DNA of 64,000 nt from the human T2T-CHM13v2.0 reference genome, Homo sapiens (GCF_009914755.1 NC_060925.1), one strand, 5' to 3'; counted from the stretch's first letter, positions 15,330-36,593 are shown. A program made the numbers and translations. The notes: generated by a model not told the origin, from the letters alone.

Positions 15330-16100
15330 CAAATAATTCTTGTGTTTCTCCCCCCAAAATGGTATCTTCAGCTCTGACATCTCTCCTAAATCGTAGACCA
15401 AATTTTTTTTTATTTTTTGCTGGGCACCTTCATTTGGATATCTCCCAAGCATTTCAAACTCTCAAATTTGAGATTAAGTCATTTTGCCTTTCAAATGGCC
15501 CCTTTTGGTGGCATTGGTATCCTCCTAATTACCCAGAATTGTGCTTCTCTTTATCTCTCATATCTAATCAATTGCTAAGTCCTTTTAGTTCTGTATACAG
15601 TTAGCTTTCTCCATTGCCACTGCTACTAACCCACATTAGGCCTTCATTACTTGCCTAGACTGCTGCAATTATAGCCCTCCCAAGCAGGTCTCCTTGCCGT
15701 GTGTCTCTTCATTCAACTAGTCCATCCTTCCCTCTAGCTTTAAAAATCATCTCACTGAAGCTTAACTCTGATCAAGGCAGGCCTTTGTTCAGCAACTTAG
15801 TGACTTCCCAGCTCCTACCAGATAATTTTGCATGAAATTCAAGGCCCTTCAGAAGTGGCCCCAACTTACCTATTCACCTTATTTCCCTTTTATGTCTTCA
15901 CATTATGTCCACTGACTGTTTCCCCCACAATCATCTTCAATAGGACTTGACCTATGCTTGAAACTTATTTTCTTTTCATATCTGCCTATTCTAGCCTTCA
16001 AGATCCAGTTCAAATGTTACCAACTCCTTAGAAGCCTTCCTTAACACCCCACAGTCAGAAATAATACCTCCCTTGTATAAACCCCCTTAAGTAAGACCTC
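15330..16100. mobile_element. L2-like fragment
   Basis: Degenerate L2-type sequence (ctccattgccactgctacta...ccttcaagatccagttcaaatgttacc). Confidence 0.55.
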
Positions 16101-16250
16101 TCATTGGGCCCTTCTGCTTTGTTACACATTTATATAAAAATCTCATTTTCTTTACTATCCGATTTCTTCCAAAAGTGTAGTTAACAAGTATAACAAATAA
16201 ACAGAACTACACAAATTTATTCAATTCAGAACTTTAACACAGCTTCACAT

Positions 16251-16421
16251 CAGTTGTTTTCAATACTGGCTATACATTAGAATTACATGGGGAGGTTTTA
16301 AAAAAATACTAATGGCTGATTCAAAGATTTTGATTCATTGGTCTTGGGTGGGGCATGGGCATAAGAATTTTTTAAGTTCCCCAAGTGATTCTAATTTGTG
16401 CAGGCAGAATTGAGAACCACT
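16251..16421. mobile_element. MER5A (hAT-Charlie)
   Basis: cagttgttttcaa...ttgagaaccactg termini and typical internal sequence. Confidence 0.8.
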
Positions 16422-16994
16422 GTCTTAATTCTAGTGCACATTGGTGTGCTAAGTAGAGAAGTGCTAAATCAGTTGACTTAGCTGCATATACCAGGATTTG
16501 CTTGGTTAGAGGTACTTAACCTTTTTTCTAAAATCGTTAATAGTTTGAAAGGTTCCTCTTGACTATCACAAAGGAAGGGTGAATTAGAAACAGCAAAACT
16601 GTTGGTTTTCATTTGTACGTTTTATTTGGTTATGACAGATTTCAAAAATTATTTGAAGAGTATATCCAAGTGGGTCTTTGAAAATTGTAAGATCTACTCA
16701 GTTCTTAAAATGAATCAGACATGTGAACTTGTGTGGTCTAGCGGTTAGAAGTGTAGACTAGTGGGAGTACTTCTGGGGTTATTTGTTCATCTTTTACTGA
16801 CTTACATGACCTTAAGAAAGTCACTTGAGCCTCAACATTTCCTGCAACTTCACAGAAAGGTTGAAGACCAACAAGTCAGTCTCATAAAAAAAAAATTTAA
16901 CAAACTTGGAAATCACGATAGCTTCTTAGGTTTGACTGAGTTGTTGAGATCTTTCCTGCCACAAAGGGAACAACTAGGAAAGAACTGGCATTCA

Positions 16995-17227
<233 letters not shown>

Positions 17228-19046
17228 TTAAATTTAGCTCTGACCTCTTGGCATTTGTTTCCTTATCAATTATAAAACCATATTTACTGAAAAACAACAT
17301 CAATAACAGCAGTTTAGCAAAGTACCACAAAGTAGTTACCTATGCATGTGGCCCAGTCCATGTTATTTTATGGAAAAACAAAAACTCTTCAACAGGGTGA
17401 CAGGTTCGTTCTCTATGCCCAGGGAGCTATTGTGTTACTTTGGGGAGGAAGCCAGGGGCCACATGTGAGACAGATGTTTTCGGTGTCTCACTAATGGAGT
17501 TGAATCTTCTGCCTTTTCCTCAATAAGAAACAAGCAAGGCAGAGAAAGAGTTAATATTAAACATGAAATTGTAATTACTTTCATGCTAAGGAGCCTGCAG
17601 TATATATTGTATATTTTATCTAACATACAGATAAAATTCCTTTTGAAAGTATATACCAGACTTTTTTTTCAGTATCTGAGAGAGGCATTTTGCAAAATGT
17701 CTGGGGTTTGTATGGAGCCCTGCAATTTCTGGAAATAGGTGACATTTTGACCCTTGGTGTTACTGGTCACAGCTCTTCATTTCAGTTTTGATTGTATGGG
17801 TGTGCAAACAGGTATTTTGGTTTAATCCTTGATCATTTACCACTTGTTCTTGTAGAAAAGGGAGAAATCTCTACTCAAGTTTTAGAAGAAGATAAAATAT
17901 GGGTAAGGTGACAGTTGTTACTGCCATGCAGGAAGAAAATATTGGGGCTTGATAGATAAGCAAATAAACAAGATACCTTTGTGATAAAGGTCTCCACTTT
18001 TAGCACTCTTCTTAGCCAGTATGACCCTCAATAATTCCTTTACCATCTCCAAAGCTTCAGGTACTTCAGCTCTCAAAAGGAAAGTGACTGGATAGGTTGC
18101 ACCTAAAACACATTTGGGAAAATTAAGTGTGATTTCCTCAAATATAACCGTATAGCCTCCTAAAATAAGACTATGCTGTTAAACCTCTTCTTTTAGATTC
18201 TTTACTTACCCAACCCATTATTAATTAGTGCCTCATCTATCCCAGACGGCTTTTGCGTTTGTTTGATTGTAAGCCTTCAAAGTGTCAGGTATTATAATAC
18301 CCATTTGTTTTAATTGGTTAAAGTGATAAACATAGTGCCTGTGCATGTACACATTGAAGGTATGGCTGTTTGACAGAAATAATCTTCCTACCTTCTCCTT
18401 CCCAGCCCTAACTTCTGAAGGGTGAGAGAATGAGTGTTTAAAAAAATTTTCTTTTCAGCCCAATGTTATCTTTTAGCAGTCTTTACATCTTCATCACCTT
18501 TATGCATGGTAATCAGCAGAACAGGTCTCCCTACTGCAGCAGAACTCTGCATGAACCCAGTAATTTCTCAAATCTGATAGGTACAGAAAAGTGTGTGGCC
18601 TTTCACTTCCTGTCCCTTCCTCCAACCCCAAACCATAGAGAAGCATGCTTTCTGGTGACATTTTATTCACATAGACATTCTCACAGCTCTTTATTCTGTA
18701 AGAAAGATTATGTGGAGTATGAGGAGTGTTGTTCCGTGTCATTTTATAACTGCCTACTCGTTTGATTTTGCAAATTTGGAAATAAATTATGAACGCTCAG
18801 GAAAATCCTTCTATGAGAGAGTTATTACTTCTGTCCAGTTTTGAAAGTCAGGTTTGCAGCTATCTGTGCTATATCATTTTAGGAAGGTGCCTGATGTGAT
18901 CTTCACACGTATCACCTAGGATTATTCAGGAAAGGATAATTCAGATTGTGGAGCTACAATATGGAGTTTCCAGTGGTTCAGTATGAGTGCAGTGAGCAAG
19001 ACAATAGGGACCAGAATGGGGAAGGCCACTTAAAAATCCAAGTTCA

Positions 19047-19352
<306 letters not shown>

Positions 19353-20189
19353 TCATCAGTTTAGCTCTACTTGCTCAATAAACCACAACTTTAACTCTTT
19401 ATATATATTTTTCTGTTGACAGAATACAAACTGGTGACTTCCAAAATTATGGGTACCTTACTTCTGAGGTTTAGTCAAGAGTTTGTACAGCTCTAAATCC
19501 TTGGATAGAAGGTTTTAATAAAAATGCCAACTTTTAATTAAAAATCTCTCTCTTGATTCAGTTATCTTGCCCAAACTTGGAAACTCTTCTTACTACTGTA
19601 TATAATAATTCCTGTTAACCAGATGTTGTTTGATAGCTCAGTAATAACAAATGGAGGGTACTTGTCCTAACCTGATTTACATTCTTTCCTTTTGATGTGT
19701 AGCATATGTGGAGCAGTCAGCTAAATAAAGGTCTTATCAATAAGATGCAGTTTGACACTTGGCTTTTTGCTTTTGTTGTTACGCCACTTACCATATGGTA
19801 AAGAATTGTTATAGAAGGATATCTGTATTTTCAGAAGTGAGGTTTGAATTGGTGGAGGTTTCATGAGCAGTTTCCTCATTTGTGATTTATACATTGTAAG
19901 TTTTTATCATGTGAGTTGTTTTCAAATTATATTCACCAGCAGATAGCCTGTGTTAAGCCATCTTAAGTGTCACCTTTTGAGGTTTTTATTCATACTTAAA
20001 AGCAATTGAAAGAAATAACTTTCAACAGAAATCTTTTGTTTTTACTTACAGCCAATCACATTCTCTGCTGATTATTTTAATAAGTATTTCCTGCATAAAA
20101 CACATTAAATATCAGCTGTAGTATAAATTACTGTTTTTTATTTACATAGAAGTTATTTGGGCCCACCATGTTATTATGGGGTTTTGCTT

Positions 20190-20512
20190 GTTTGTTTTGT
20201 TTATGTTTTAGAGACAAGGTCTGTCTCGCTGTTTCATCCAGGTTGGAGTACAGTGACATGATCATAGCGCACTGTAAACTTGAACTCCTGGGGTCAAGTT
20301 TACAAGTTGTGGGAACCGATCCTCCCACCTCAGCCTCTTGTTGGGACTTCAGGCGTGCACCTCCACACTCAACTAATTTTTTTATTTTTAGTAGAGATGG
20401 GATCTTGCTCTGTTGCCCAGACTGGTCTCAAGTTCCAGGCCTCAAACAGTCTTCCTACCTCAGCCTTCCAATGCACTGGGATTGCAGGTATAAGTCACCA
20501 CTCCCATCCTGG
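20190..20512 (-). mobile_element. Alu (AluJ-like, diverged, with an insertion)
   Basis: Reverse-complement Alu. Confidence 0.85.
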
Positions 20513-20804
20513 ATTTATTTGATATTCACTATTAGAAGTTGCAAGATTGGAATAGAGGCTTGAGTCCCTTTCATTGTGTATTGGGGTAGGAGTTGTTCAT
20601 TAATGAAAAAATTAAACAGGTAAGTAATTAGTATATCATAATTTATACTGCACAGATAAAGGAATAAGGAGAAAAGAGGAGCCTGGGGAGTCAATTTAAC
20701 AAAAGAAAAAGAGAGGAAGCAGGTGTTTGGTAAGATCTTGCAATTGTACTTCAAAGAAAGATAACCTGAAAGTAAACATTTTTATTTTGTATGTTTCTCT
20801 TTCT

Positions 20805-21096
<292 letters not shown>

Positions 21097-21809
21097 TGAT
21101 ATATTTCTGTGGGGTTGGACATGTTTTGTTTTATATTTTGAAGTACTGAATTTGGACAGTTTGGACAATATTTATATTATGGGGCACTACGCTTTAAGAA
21201 AATGAAAAGCTAGAAGTGAGTATAGGAAAGAACACCACTGCAAACACCAATCCCAATAGGGAGTAGTCAGATGGCATCTATAAGGAAAGATTAAAAAGAC
21301 TTGGAATTAACTGAGAATCATTTTCAAGAATATGAAGGAATAACTTCAAGAGCTTTCGTACCCCCCCACCAAAAACACCCACAAAAGTTCCATGAAGAAG
21401 AAAATAAAATCCTGCAAGAGACATTTAGATTATATATGAGAAACAGTGTCTAGAATTTAAGGTTTATTAACTGTTGCAGCATGCTACACATAGAAGTGTA
21501 GAATCTCCATCCTTCAAAATCATGTAGGTAGTTTATTAGCAGTTTTGTGAAAAGAGACCAAATCACTATATTAAGAAAGGGTCTATTCTGCTTACTTTGG
21601 TGAGACTTTAAAAAAAAACACGGGGGTGGGGGCTTTGGGTCTCATTTAATTCTTAATAGAAGGAGACTGAAAGGGAGTATAAATCCCCAAAACAGTTGAG
21701 TCTTCATTTTGCTGATACTTTCTGCTATTCTCATTTACCTAAAAAAAATAAAAATATACCCCATGCAAGAATAGTGATAGCCAGAATTACACAGAAATAA
21801 AGACCTATA

Positions 21810-23050
<1,241 letters not shown>

Positions 23051-23537
23051 ACTTTATGTAGATACCCTAAATTGCTTCTTCCCTTGGCCAAGTAAATCTC
23101 ATATCATTTAGAATGAAAAGAATTTCCTCTCCTTTCATATTTCACCTATAAGGCTTAATTAAGTACTTTTGTTCCTGAGAAAGGGACCAAGCAACCACTC
23201 CAGGCCCAGCCCCTTGCTCTACAGTTTCCTTTGTAGTTCTGGAAGTGAATTAAAGCTAACGCCTAAGCCTGCTCAGTGGCACATAGCACTATTCATGCTT
23301 AGCCAGTCGTAGGGCTTCCCAGACAACACTGAATTCCAGGACAAATGGAAGTGAGGAAGAGAATTTCAGTAACAAGTGGTAGGTCATGATTTAATGCCTG
23401 ATGAATTTAAAGCTCATCTCACACCTCACTGATGGATGTTTTGAAATATTCTGGCAGGAAGATGCAGAATGTGTGGCCTGGGGGAGGGGGAATGAAGAAA
23501 ATGTTTCCTCCATTCTTCTAAAAATGAAAGGAGGGGA

Positions 23538-23873
<336 letters not shown>

Positions 23874-24518
23874 TCACAATAAATAATTGTCCTCTTAAAC
23901 TAGTTCTTCAACAAGTAATTATTGATGATCTACAGTGTAACAGGCACGACGGATACAGTGGACACAATATATGAAGTCATTGTCCTCATGACGTTCACAT
24001 TCTTTTGGATGGAGATAGACAAGCAAACAAATAGACAATTATTAATGATGATGGAGAAAAAGCAAAGAAAGGAAGTAGAGAGGTGAGACTGAGGATGGAT
24101 TTTTAGAGGGAAAGGTGACATTAAACAAAACTGAATCACATGAAGGATCCTACCATGCAGAGAACTGAGGGGGAATATCCCCAAGCAAGCCTCTAAAGAA
24201 GCCTCTAAAGTGAGGACAAATTTAACCTCAGCACAAATTGAGATATGGTTAGCCAGTATGATTGGAATAGAATGAGCCAGGGAAAATACTCTCTCCAGCT
24301 GGAAACTTTTATGAGATAGTTTTGGTTACTAAGCATCCTCCATCCGTAAGTGGTCCAGTATGTGAGAGATTTTTCATAGATCAGCCTGTGAATATCCTAG
24401 AGCTAAACGGTTCCTTTAGATTTCTCATCTCCTGTTGTAATTGCTCTAATCATCAGAGCGATAGTATATAAAGCATTACATTAATGACTGAGTTATTCAT
24501 TTTAAATTAAAACTGTAA

Positions 24519-24642
24519 GGCCATGTACAGTGGCTTACACCTGTAATCCTAGCACTTTGGGAGGCCAGGGCAGGCGGATCACCTGAGGTCAGGAGTTCGA
24601 GAGCAGCCTGGCCAACATGGTGAAACCCCGTCTCTACTAAAA

Positions 24643-24678
<36 letters not shown>

Positions 24679-24833
24679 GCCAGGCGTGGTGGTGGCGCAC
24701 CTGTAATCCCAGCTACTCGGGACTCAGGCTGAAGAACTGCTTGAACCCAGGAGGCGGAGGTTGCAGTGAGCAGAGATAGCGCCATTGTACTCCAGTCTGG
24801 GCAACAAGAGCAAAACTTGGTCTCAAAAAAAAA
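24519..24833 (+). mobile_element. Alu (AluSq/Sx-like) with expanded A-rich linker
   Basis: Dimeric Alu, TSD aattaaa(a/g)ctgta. Confidence 0.9.
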
Positions 24834-24857
24834 TAATTAAAGCTGTATGTAATAGTA

Positions 24858-25052
24858 CAGGGGTTGGCAAACTTTGGTAAAGGACTAGATCATAAATATG
24901 TTTGTCTTTGCTGGTACTACACTTGCAACTACTTGATTGTGCTGTTGTAGCATGAAAGCAACTATGGAATATGTAAATAAATGGTTATGGCTGTATTTGA
25001 AATAAATGGGAAGCCCAATTTGGCCTGTGGACCATAGGTTGTCCATTGACCT
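24858..25052. mobile_element. MER58A (hAT-Charlie)
   Basis: caggggttggcaaact terminus and typical body. Confidence 0.78.
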
Positions 25053-25726
25053 ATTCTATTACATTGAGAAGCCAACAAGAGAGATTATAAAGAATCAGGG
25101 GTAGGAGAAAAACCATGACTAAGAGGAGGAGAATTCTAGGAAGGGAGGAAGTGATCAGAAACATCCAATACTGCAGTTAACTAGGAAGAGAACACAGAAG
25201 AGCCTTTCAGAAGTGGAAGTTAGGAGGCCATTACTGACCATGAAAAGAACAGTTCTGGTATTAAGTCTGTTCATTTTTCACTGGGCCTGGTTCTATGCAC
25301 ATATAGGGACTGCGTTGCTAGGTGCTTTGTGGTTTACAAAGTCCTCTTCCATGGTTACTACTAACAAAAGCACACTCTGAATAGAACCTTATCTCCAAGC
25401 TCAGTGCTTGGACCTCTACATCAGATAGGTCCTAAACTCGAGTTACTCCAATGACACCTATCATTAGGGCAGTATGTGTCCTAAAAAGAATCCCAATAGT
25501 AAGTAGCATCTTTGGCAATAGCTACAACCAATTCTTATAGTTGATCAAAACCATAGTAGGCGGATAAAATGTTATAATCTCACTTCTGATTCATCTATGC
25601 AAGGAGACACAGAGCCTCTTGCTACAGACATAACATGGAATTCAGAAAATGCCCAGTAAGCAGCCAGACTGGAAAAGCATGCAGGTAGTTAATTGCTATT
25701 AAGTAATAAAACATAAAGTTGATGGG

Positions 25727-25898
25727 TGAGAGGGAGTGAGGGATTAAAAAACTGCACATTGGATACAGTGTATACTGCTTGGGTGATGGGTGCACCAGAA
25801 TCTCAGAAATCGCCTCTAAAGAGCTTATCTATGTAAGCAAAAACCACCTGCTCCCCCAAAACCACTGAAATAAAATAAAATTTAATAAATAAATAAAA
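25727..25898 (+). mobile_element. Short 5'-truncated L1PB-type 3' end
   Basis: L1PB-like 3' UTR with A-rich tail; TSD ataaagt(t/a)gatggg at 25713 and 25899. Confidence 0.8.
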
Positions 25899-26242
25899 AT
25901 AAAGTAGATGGGGCAAGGAATCTGTGCTATTAAGTAATAAAGCATGTTAAATGAATCTGGAAAACATAAAGATTATATATAGACCTTATTCAATTTTGAA
26001 TGTAAATTACTTTGGAAATAAAAGCAAATCATAATACTCTTGAATGAATCATTCATAAAATTATATTATACATCAGATTTTCAGGGTTCAGCATCTTAAA
26101 AATAATATGTTTTACATGACTCCAAAAGTAGTCCACTAGATTAATATTTAGAAATACACAGGAACTATTACAGTATTTATTCATGTATACATCGCCTAAT
26201 TCCAAAAATAATTTCTCAACTTATAACTCTTAGAAAGCTAAT

Positions 26243-27205
26243 ACAGTTAGTTCTTTGTACACAGGGGTTCTGTAACTGTGGATTCAGCGAATCACAGATC
26301 AGAAATATTCAGGGAAAGGGCCGGTGCAGTGGCTCACACCTGTAATCCTAGCACTTTGGGAGGCTGAGGCAGGTGGACTGCCTGAGCTCAGGAGTTCAAG
26401 ACCAGCCTAGGCAACATGGTGAAACCCTGTCTCTACTAAAAATACAAAAAATTGGACAGGCGCAGTGGCTCAAGCCTGTAATCTCAGCACTTTGGGAGGC
26501 CTACGCGGGCAGATCACTTGAGGTCAGGAGTTGAAGATCAGTCTGGCCAACATGGTGAAACCCCATCTCTAGTAAAAATACAAAAATTAGCTGGGTGTGG
26601 TAGCGGACGCCTATAATTCCAGCTACTCAGGAGGCTAAGGCAGGAGAATCACTTGAACCCAAGAGGCGGAGGTTGCAGTGAGCCAAGATAGAGCCACTGC
26701 ACCCCAGCCTGGGTGACAGGGTGAGACTCTGTCTCAAAACAAACAAACAAAAAATTTAGATGGGTGTGGTGGCGCTCACCTGTAGTCCCAGCCACTCAGG
26801 AAGCAGAGGCCCAAAAACCGCTTGAACCCAGGAGGCAGAGGTTGCAGTGAGCCAAGATAGCGCCATTGCACTCCACCCTGGGTGACAGAGTGAGACTCTG
26901 TCTCAAAAAAAAAAAAAAAAAAATTAAAATATTCAGGGAAAGAAAAAACTGCATCTGCTTTGAACACCTATGGACATTTTTTCTTGTCATTTTCCCCTTA
27001 AAAATACAGTATAACTATTTACATAACACTTACATAGTATTAGATGTTATAAGTAATGTAGAAATGATTTAAAGTATACGGGAGGATGTGCATAGGTTAT
27101 ATGCAAATACTATGCTATTTTATATCAAGGACCTGGGCATCCTCAGAATTTGATTTCCATGGGAGGTCCTGGAGCCAATCCCCGACAGATACTGAGAGAC
27201 GACTA
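26243..27205. mobile_element. MER2 (TcMar-Tigger) split by a nested Alu-in-Alu (26319-26922)
   Basis: MER2 halves joined by a 16-bp TSD aaatattcagggaaag (26303 and 26927); inner Alu at about 26454-26752. Confidence 0.85.
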
Positions 27206-27689
27206 TATTATATAGATCTATAATCATTTATATTCTGTTAGGGACTGGTGGGGGAGGAGTCTTTTCAGTTAAAGATTAAAAGGGAAATACAAGGGAATAA
27301 ATAAGATTAAAGGAAATCTTATTTCCTTACTGACTAAACTTTCCAAGAATATAATTATGCAGCAACAGTTAGGGGTCACGTGTTAAGAATAGTCAGGAAA
27401 TCCTGTCTCCAGATGCCTGAGGATTGCTATCTATTTGTTTGATGACTTGCTGTAGAAATCTCTAGGCCCCAAGTTGATATTCTTGTCTCCACCAGACACC
27501 AGACTTTGTGTGATTTCTCTATCAGCACTTCCTTCTGCCTCCCAACTACTTGCCATTTTTACATCTGTAGTCCTCTAGTTCTCTAAAGCAAATTTAAATC
27601 ATTCTATTCCTTCTGTATGTTCATTGAGGGATCAGTACGTATGAGTCAGGCAAGTAACAATTAAATTTATAGCACTTTATAGCCTACAA

Positions 27690-28140
27690 AGAATGAAAGC
27701 TAGCATATTAGCTAAGAGTTTGGGCTTTTTGAGATAAATTGTTTAGGTTCAAAGCCCTAACCTGCTACTTACTATCTTTGTGAACTTGGGGAAGATACTT
27801 CTATTTTTTATGCCTTTATTTCCTTGTCTGTTAAATGGAGGTGACAACTACATCCTTAGGATCTCTGTACATTTAAAGGAGATAATTCATGTTTAGAACA
27901 TAGTACATGGTAAGTACTCATAAGTAGCACATGGTAAATGTTAGTTGATAATATAACCAATACTATAATTGATAAAAAGAGCTATTCCTCTACAGTATCC
28001 CATTTGAGTTTTGTAATAATCTTTTAAGGTACTTTAGTATTATCAGCCCCATTTTATAGATAGACCCTAAGGCTTTGAGGTGCAACTTGCCCCAAGTCAT
28101 ACAAGCATTCCTAGCAGGGCTAGGATTAGAATTGGGTTGT
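27690..28140. mobile_element. Two MIR fragments
   Basis: MIR core-like motifs (gtctgttaaatggag; ccccattttatagat...ttgccccaagtcataca). Confidence 0.65.
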
Positions 28141-28143
28141 GTA

Positions 28144-28481
<338 letters not shown>

Positions 28482-29039
28482 TTAGACTGGGGGGGAACAG
28501 GTTTCATCTCAAGAGCCAGCCCTGAACAGTTGAAATGGTTATTCAGAGTCCTGTTTTGATAATTCTCAAAGCAGGTCCAAGCTCATTAAGAAAAGAATGC
28601 CTGATAGATGAGCAGTATTTGCCATGGGCTCAGGAACATGTAGTGGGATTATGTCCTTGCTCTCCTTTTGTGTTTGTTTGTTTCCTCCTACCTAAAGTTT
28701 CTCATTAATCCAAGGATTTCTTTATAAACAGAAATTTTGGTTTTAGTAATTTATAGAATCATTTTAGCCTTACAAGTTTTCTAGAGAAGTATTATTATTC
28801 CTAAAATAGTTTGTAACTAAGGCAGTTGATAGAGGGGCAGCTCTTACAGCTGTTTCTCTGTAATAACTCTTTACATTTGCTATTCTCATATGGGCACACA
28901 GATTGAGAAATCTAGTAGTCACCATTTATTTATAATTTTAGGTTTAAGTTTGGACATTTGGGTTAAGTACTAATGGCACTTTGAGAAGGAATTGAGAAAA
29001 CCTTATTTTCACATATGAGCCAAATACTAATCTCCTTGA

Positions 29040-29415
<376 letters not shown>

Positions 29416-30525
29416 AGTACCACTTTAAATATAAACAAAAGCTAGGTTTCTGTGGAGTTGGTATATTTGAACCGCCTGACTTGGACTTCTTGGTTTTATT
29501 TTAGCCAGTGTTATCCCATCCCTTATTCTTGGTCTTACTATGGGGAAGTAGCAACTTAATATTTTAAATGTTGACATCACTTAAGTATTGGAAAAGCTAG
29601 AGTTAGCTTCTCGGTTCCATCTTCTCTACAGGAAAATGCCTCAGAAAAAAAGCTGGCCACAACTCTAGGTTTACCTCTATACCCAGCTTGGGCTTGGCAT
29701 TGGAATACTTGGGTAGTCCTATTTCTCAGTATGAACTACCTTTGGGGAATATGTGCAGACAAAGCTCATGAAGTCTGAGAACTTAGTACTCCATCTCCTA
29801 GCTGCAAAGAAATACAGGAGAGATGGTAAAGGAATGCACAATAGCAATTTTCCCAGTTAGAATTCTATGGATTTCATTGGACTATTGCAGTCATCTCATC
29901 TCCAGTTCTTGCTAAAATACTTCAGGGACATAGAGAATTTCCCACCTCCTCTGGAAGTCCTGGCCATATTTGGACAATTCTGACAAAATTTCCCTTTTAC
30001 TTCTACTTTCCGTATAGGATGGGCTAAGCAAGGAAGAAAATCTGCCTCTCAGAAAACACTTACATTTCACACTGACTACTATGGAACTGATCTGCTCTGA
30101 TTTCTTGAGCTTTATTGATTTAAATTTGAGAGTTATTTTATTTTTATTAAATATGCCCAGGCAAATAACCAAGGTTAAATAAATATCTGAAAGAGCTTTG
30201 TGGGAAGTGTAAAACTATTTGGGGAGAAAAGAATTTTCTCCCAAAAAGCTTTCTAGGAATGTAACTTGTAAGAACTCTGAGACGCATACTCTCTAGAGAA
30301 AAAAATATATATATTTATGAGAAGTCAGGGTCTTTAATCTTTATAATTAGAATAGATATTGCTCAGTTTTTAAAAATCATGTCCTGATCACATTTCAGTT
30401 TAAATTACTTTTAAAATTCCATTGTGCAGAGTCAATCTTTAGGAGTACTTACTGGAAATGATTAGAGAAAAAAGCGTATTGTTTCTTACAGAATTGGTAT
30501 GAAGTGCCTTACAAGACGTAATTCA

Positions 30526-31176
<651 letters not shown>

Positions 31177-31471
31177 CAAATAAAATTTCATTCAAAAGGT
31201 AATCTTGTTTGTTTACTATTGTCTTTTTAGGTGATATAATCCAAACATCTAATATAAGTATGTTTTTAAAGCAATTCTCAGCTCTAAACTCCTTTTCGTA
31301 ACCTCCCTTTCCCAAATGGAAAGAGTTCATTTTCTGAGCAGAATTTTAGTAGTTTTTGCTGGCATGAAGAAGAACAAACATATTATAGATTTAGGCTTTT
31401 ATACTTCTTTCATACTTAATGTTTGATCTTTCAGTCTTTTCCTGAGACTTCTCTTCTGCCTTTGTTAGTAA

Positions 31472-31759
<288 letters not shown>

Positions 31760-32641
31760 TAAGTTGGATTGTGTTTTATTTTGGTTTTTATTCTTCATTT
31801 GTTGCCTATGTGGATTCTTTTTTTTTTTAATTGGAAATTGTAAAAACCAAGTACAGACCTCAAGATGCCCTCAGTTTGCTAAGGAAGGACATGATATCCC
31901 TTAGTTCTCAACTGCCTCAGTCACTTCCTGTCTACTTACTTTGTGCCCCATATTTGTTGCATTCCTCTCTTGTAGGTTACAACAGTTCTGTTTTTTGCAG
32001 TCCAGGAAACTCCGCATTATCAGTTTCATACTCAAGTGTAGGCTATCCCACATGTCCCATCTGATAAGTTTCTTCCCAGGAAGTAGCAGTTTACTTCAAC
32101 TCGGCTACTGCAGTGATCCATTGTGAACATCCTCATCCTACTGCCCCTTTCAGAGAAATCAACCCCTACCCAGCCAATACCTTAGTCATTTCATGTACAG
32201 ATAAGCAGGTGAATTTACAAGTCTGACTTTGTTGAATCCTAACCCTGTTCCCAGATACACAGCCCTCTCCTACTATCCCAAACCCTTCCCTCTTTCAGAA
32301 CTGCCCATCAGAATATTCCCTTCCTTGTCCTGCCTTAATTATAACTTTCCATGTATTCCTTCCTTCTCATTTCACACAATCCCAAAGTGCATGCTCAGAT
32401 AGGTACTGATTTAATGTTATAATTGAGGAAATTCATCCTAAGCTACAAATGAGATTCTCTCAGGGAGATTTTCTTTTTTTTTTTTTTTTTTAACGTTTTT
32501 TAAATTATAAAAGCAATACAGAATGTTGTAAAATAAAAATTAAGCAATACAGACTGCATAAATATAAAAGGAAAATTCCCCCTTCACCTCTGCCTCTAAT
32601 CCTATCTCTTTCCCACAAGCATACTTGATGTCTGTCATTTA

Positions 32642-34802
<2,161 letters not shown>

Positions 34803-34853
34803 ATGTCTGTCATTTAATATTTATTTTTATTATTTGAATTTTTATAAAGCAAT

Positions 34854-35143
34854 CTTTTTTTTTTTTGAGACGGAGTCTCGCTCTGTTGCCAGGCTGGAAT
34901 GCAGTGGTGCAATCTCAGCTCACTGCAACACCTGCCTCCCAGTTCAAGCGATTCTCCTGCCTCAGCCTCCCTGTAGCTGGGACTACAGGCGTGCACCACC
35001 ACGCCCAGCTAATTTTTGTATTTTTAGTAGACATGGGGTTTCACCATGTTGGCCAGGATGGTCTCGATTTCTTGACCTCGTGATCTGCCTGCCTCAGCCT
35101 CCCAAAGTGCTGGGATTACAAGCGTGAGCCACCGTGCCTGGCC
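34854..35143 (-). mobile_element. Alu (AluSc-like)
   Basis: TSD tataaa(g/a)caatcttt. Confidence 0.92.
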
Positions 35144-35171
35144 TATAAAACAATCTTTAATCAAATCTCTA

Positions 35172-35585
<414 letters not shown>

Positions 35586-35756
35586 CTACTCTGAGGACAC
35601 TATATAGCAAAGGCTTTTACTGAAGGAGTGAGCTTGGGTTGGTTTGTATAAGCATAACATTCAAAGGCCCTTAAAGAATATGGAGAGGTTGGAATTTAAA
35701 CCAATCATACTCCTCAGTCCATGACATCCTTTGTACATTGGTTGACAGGTGTCTTG

Positions 35757-36127
<371 letters not shown>

Positions 36128-36593
36128 CTAAACCTGCTGTAATGAATAGATACCAATTAAAAATCATTTTAACTAGCATATTTTAAACTTGTACATAAAC
36201 AGATGATGTTAAAGTAGTTTTAAGGACTTTCAACAGTAGATGTTTTAAGTGGACTTAACAGTTCCCCTATGATCATTATTTATTTACATTGTTCATTTGC
36301 TTAAGTAATCAAAGGTAAATCTTGGCCCAGATTACTTTGTCAGTATTATAAAGGATTATGAATGAATGGCCCTTATTACATAATTTTCTATATGAGAAAT
36401 GAAGATGGTTGTGAGTAGAAGGATAGAAGGTTTTTTTGTTTGCATTATTTTGGTATGCCATGGTAAATTCATTTGAGTTTAGAGATTTTAATATCTAGTA
36501 ACCTTTTGAAGATTACTACCTAGTATATTAATATGCTTTCAGTTGTGAATAACAGAAAAAAAATCCATTTCCAACTACCTTTTGTTATTGTGG

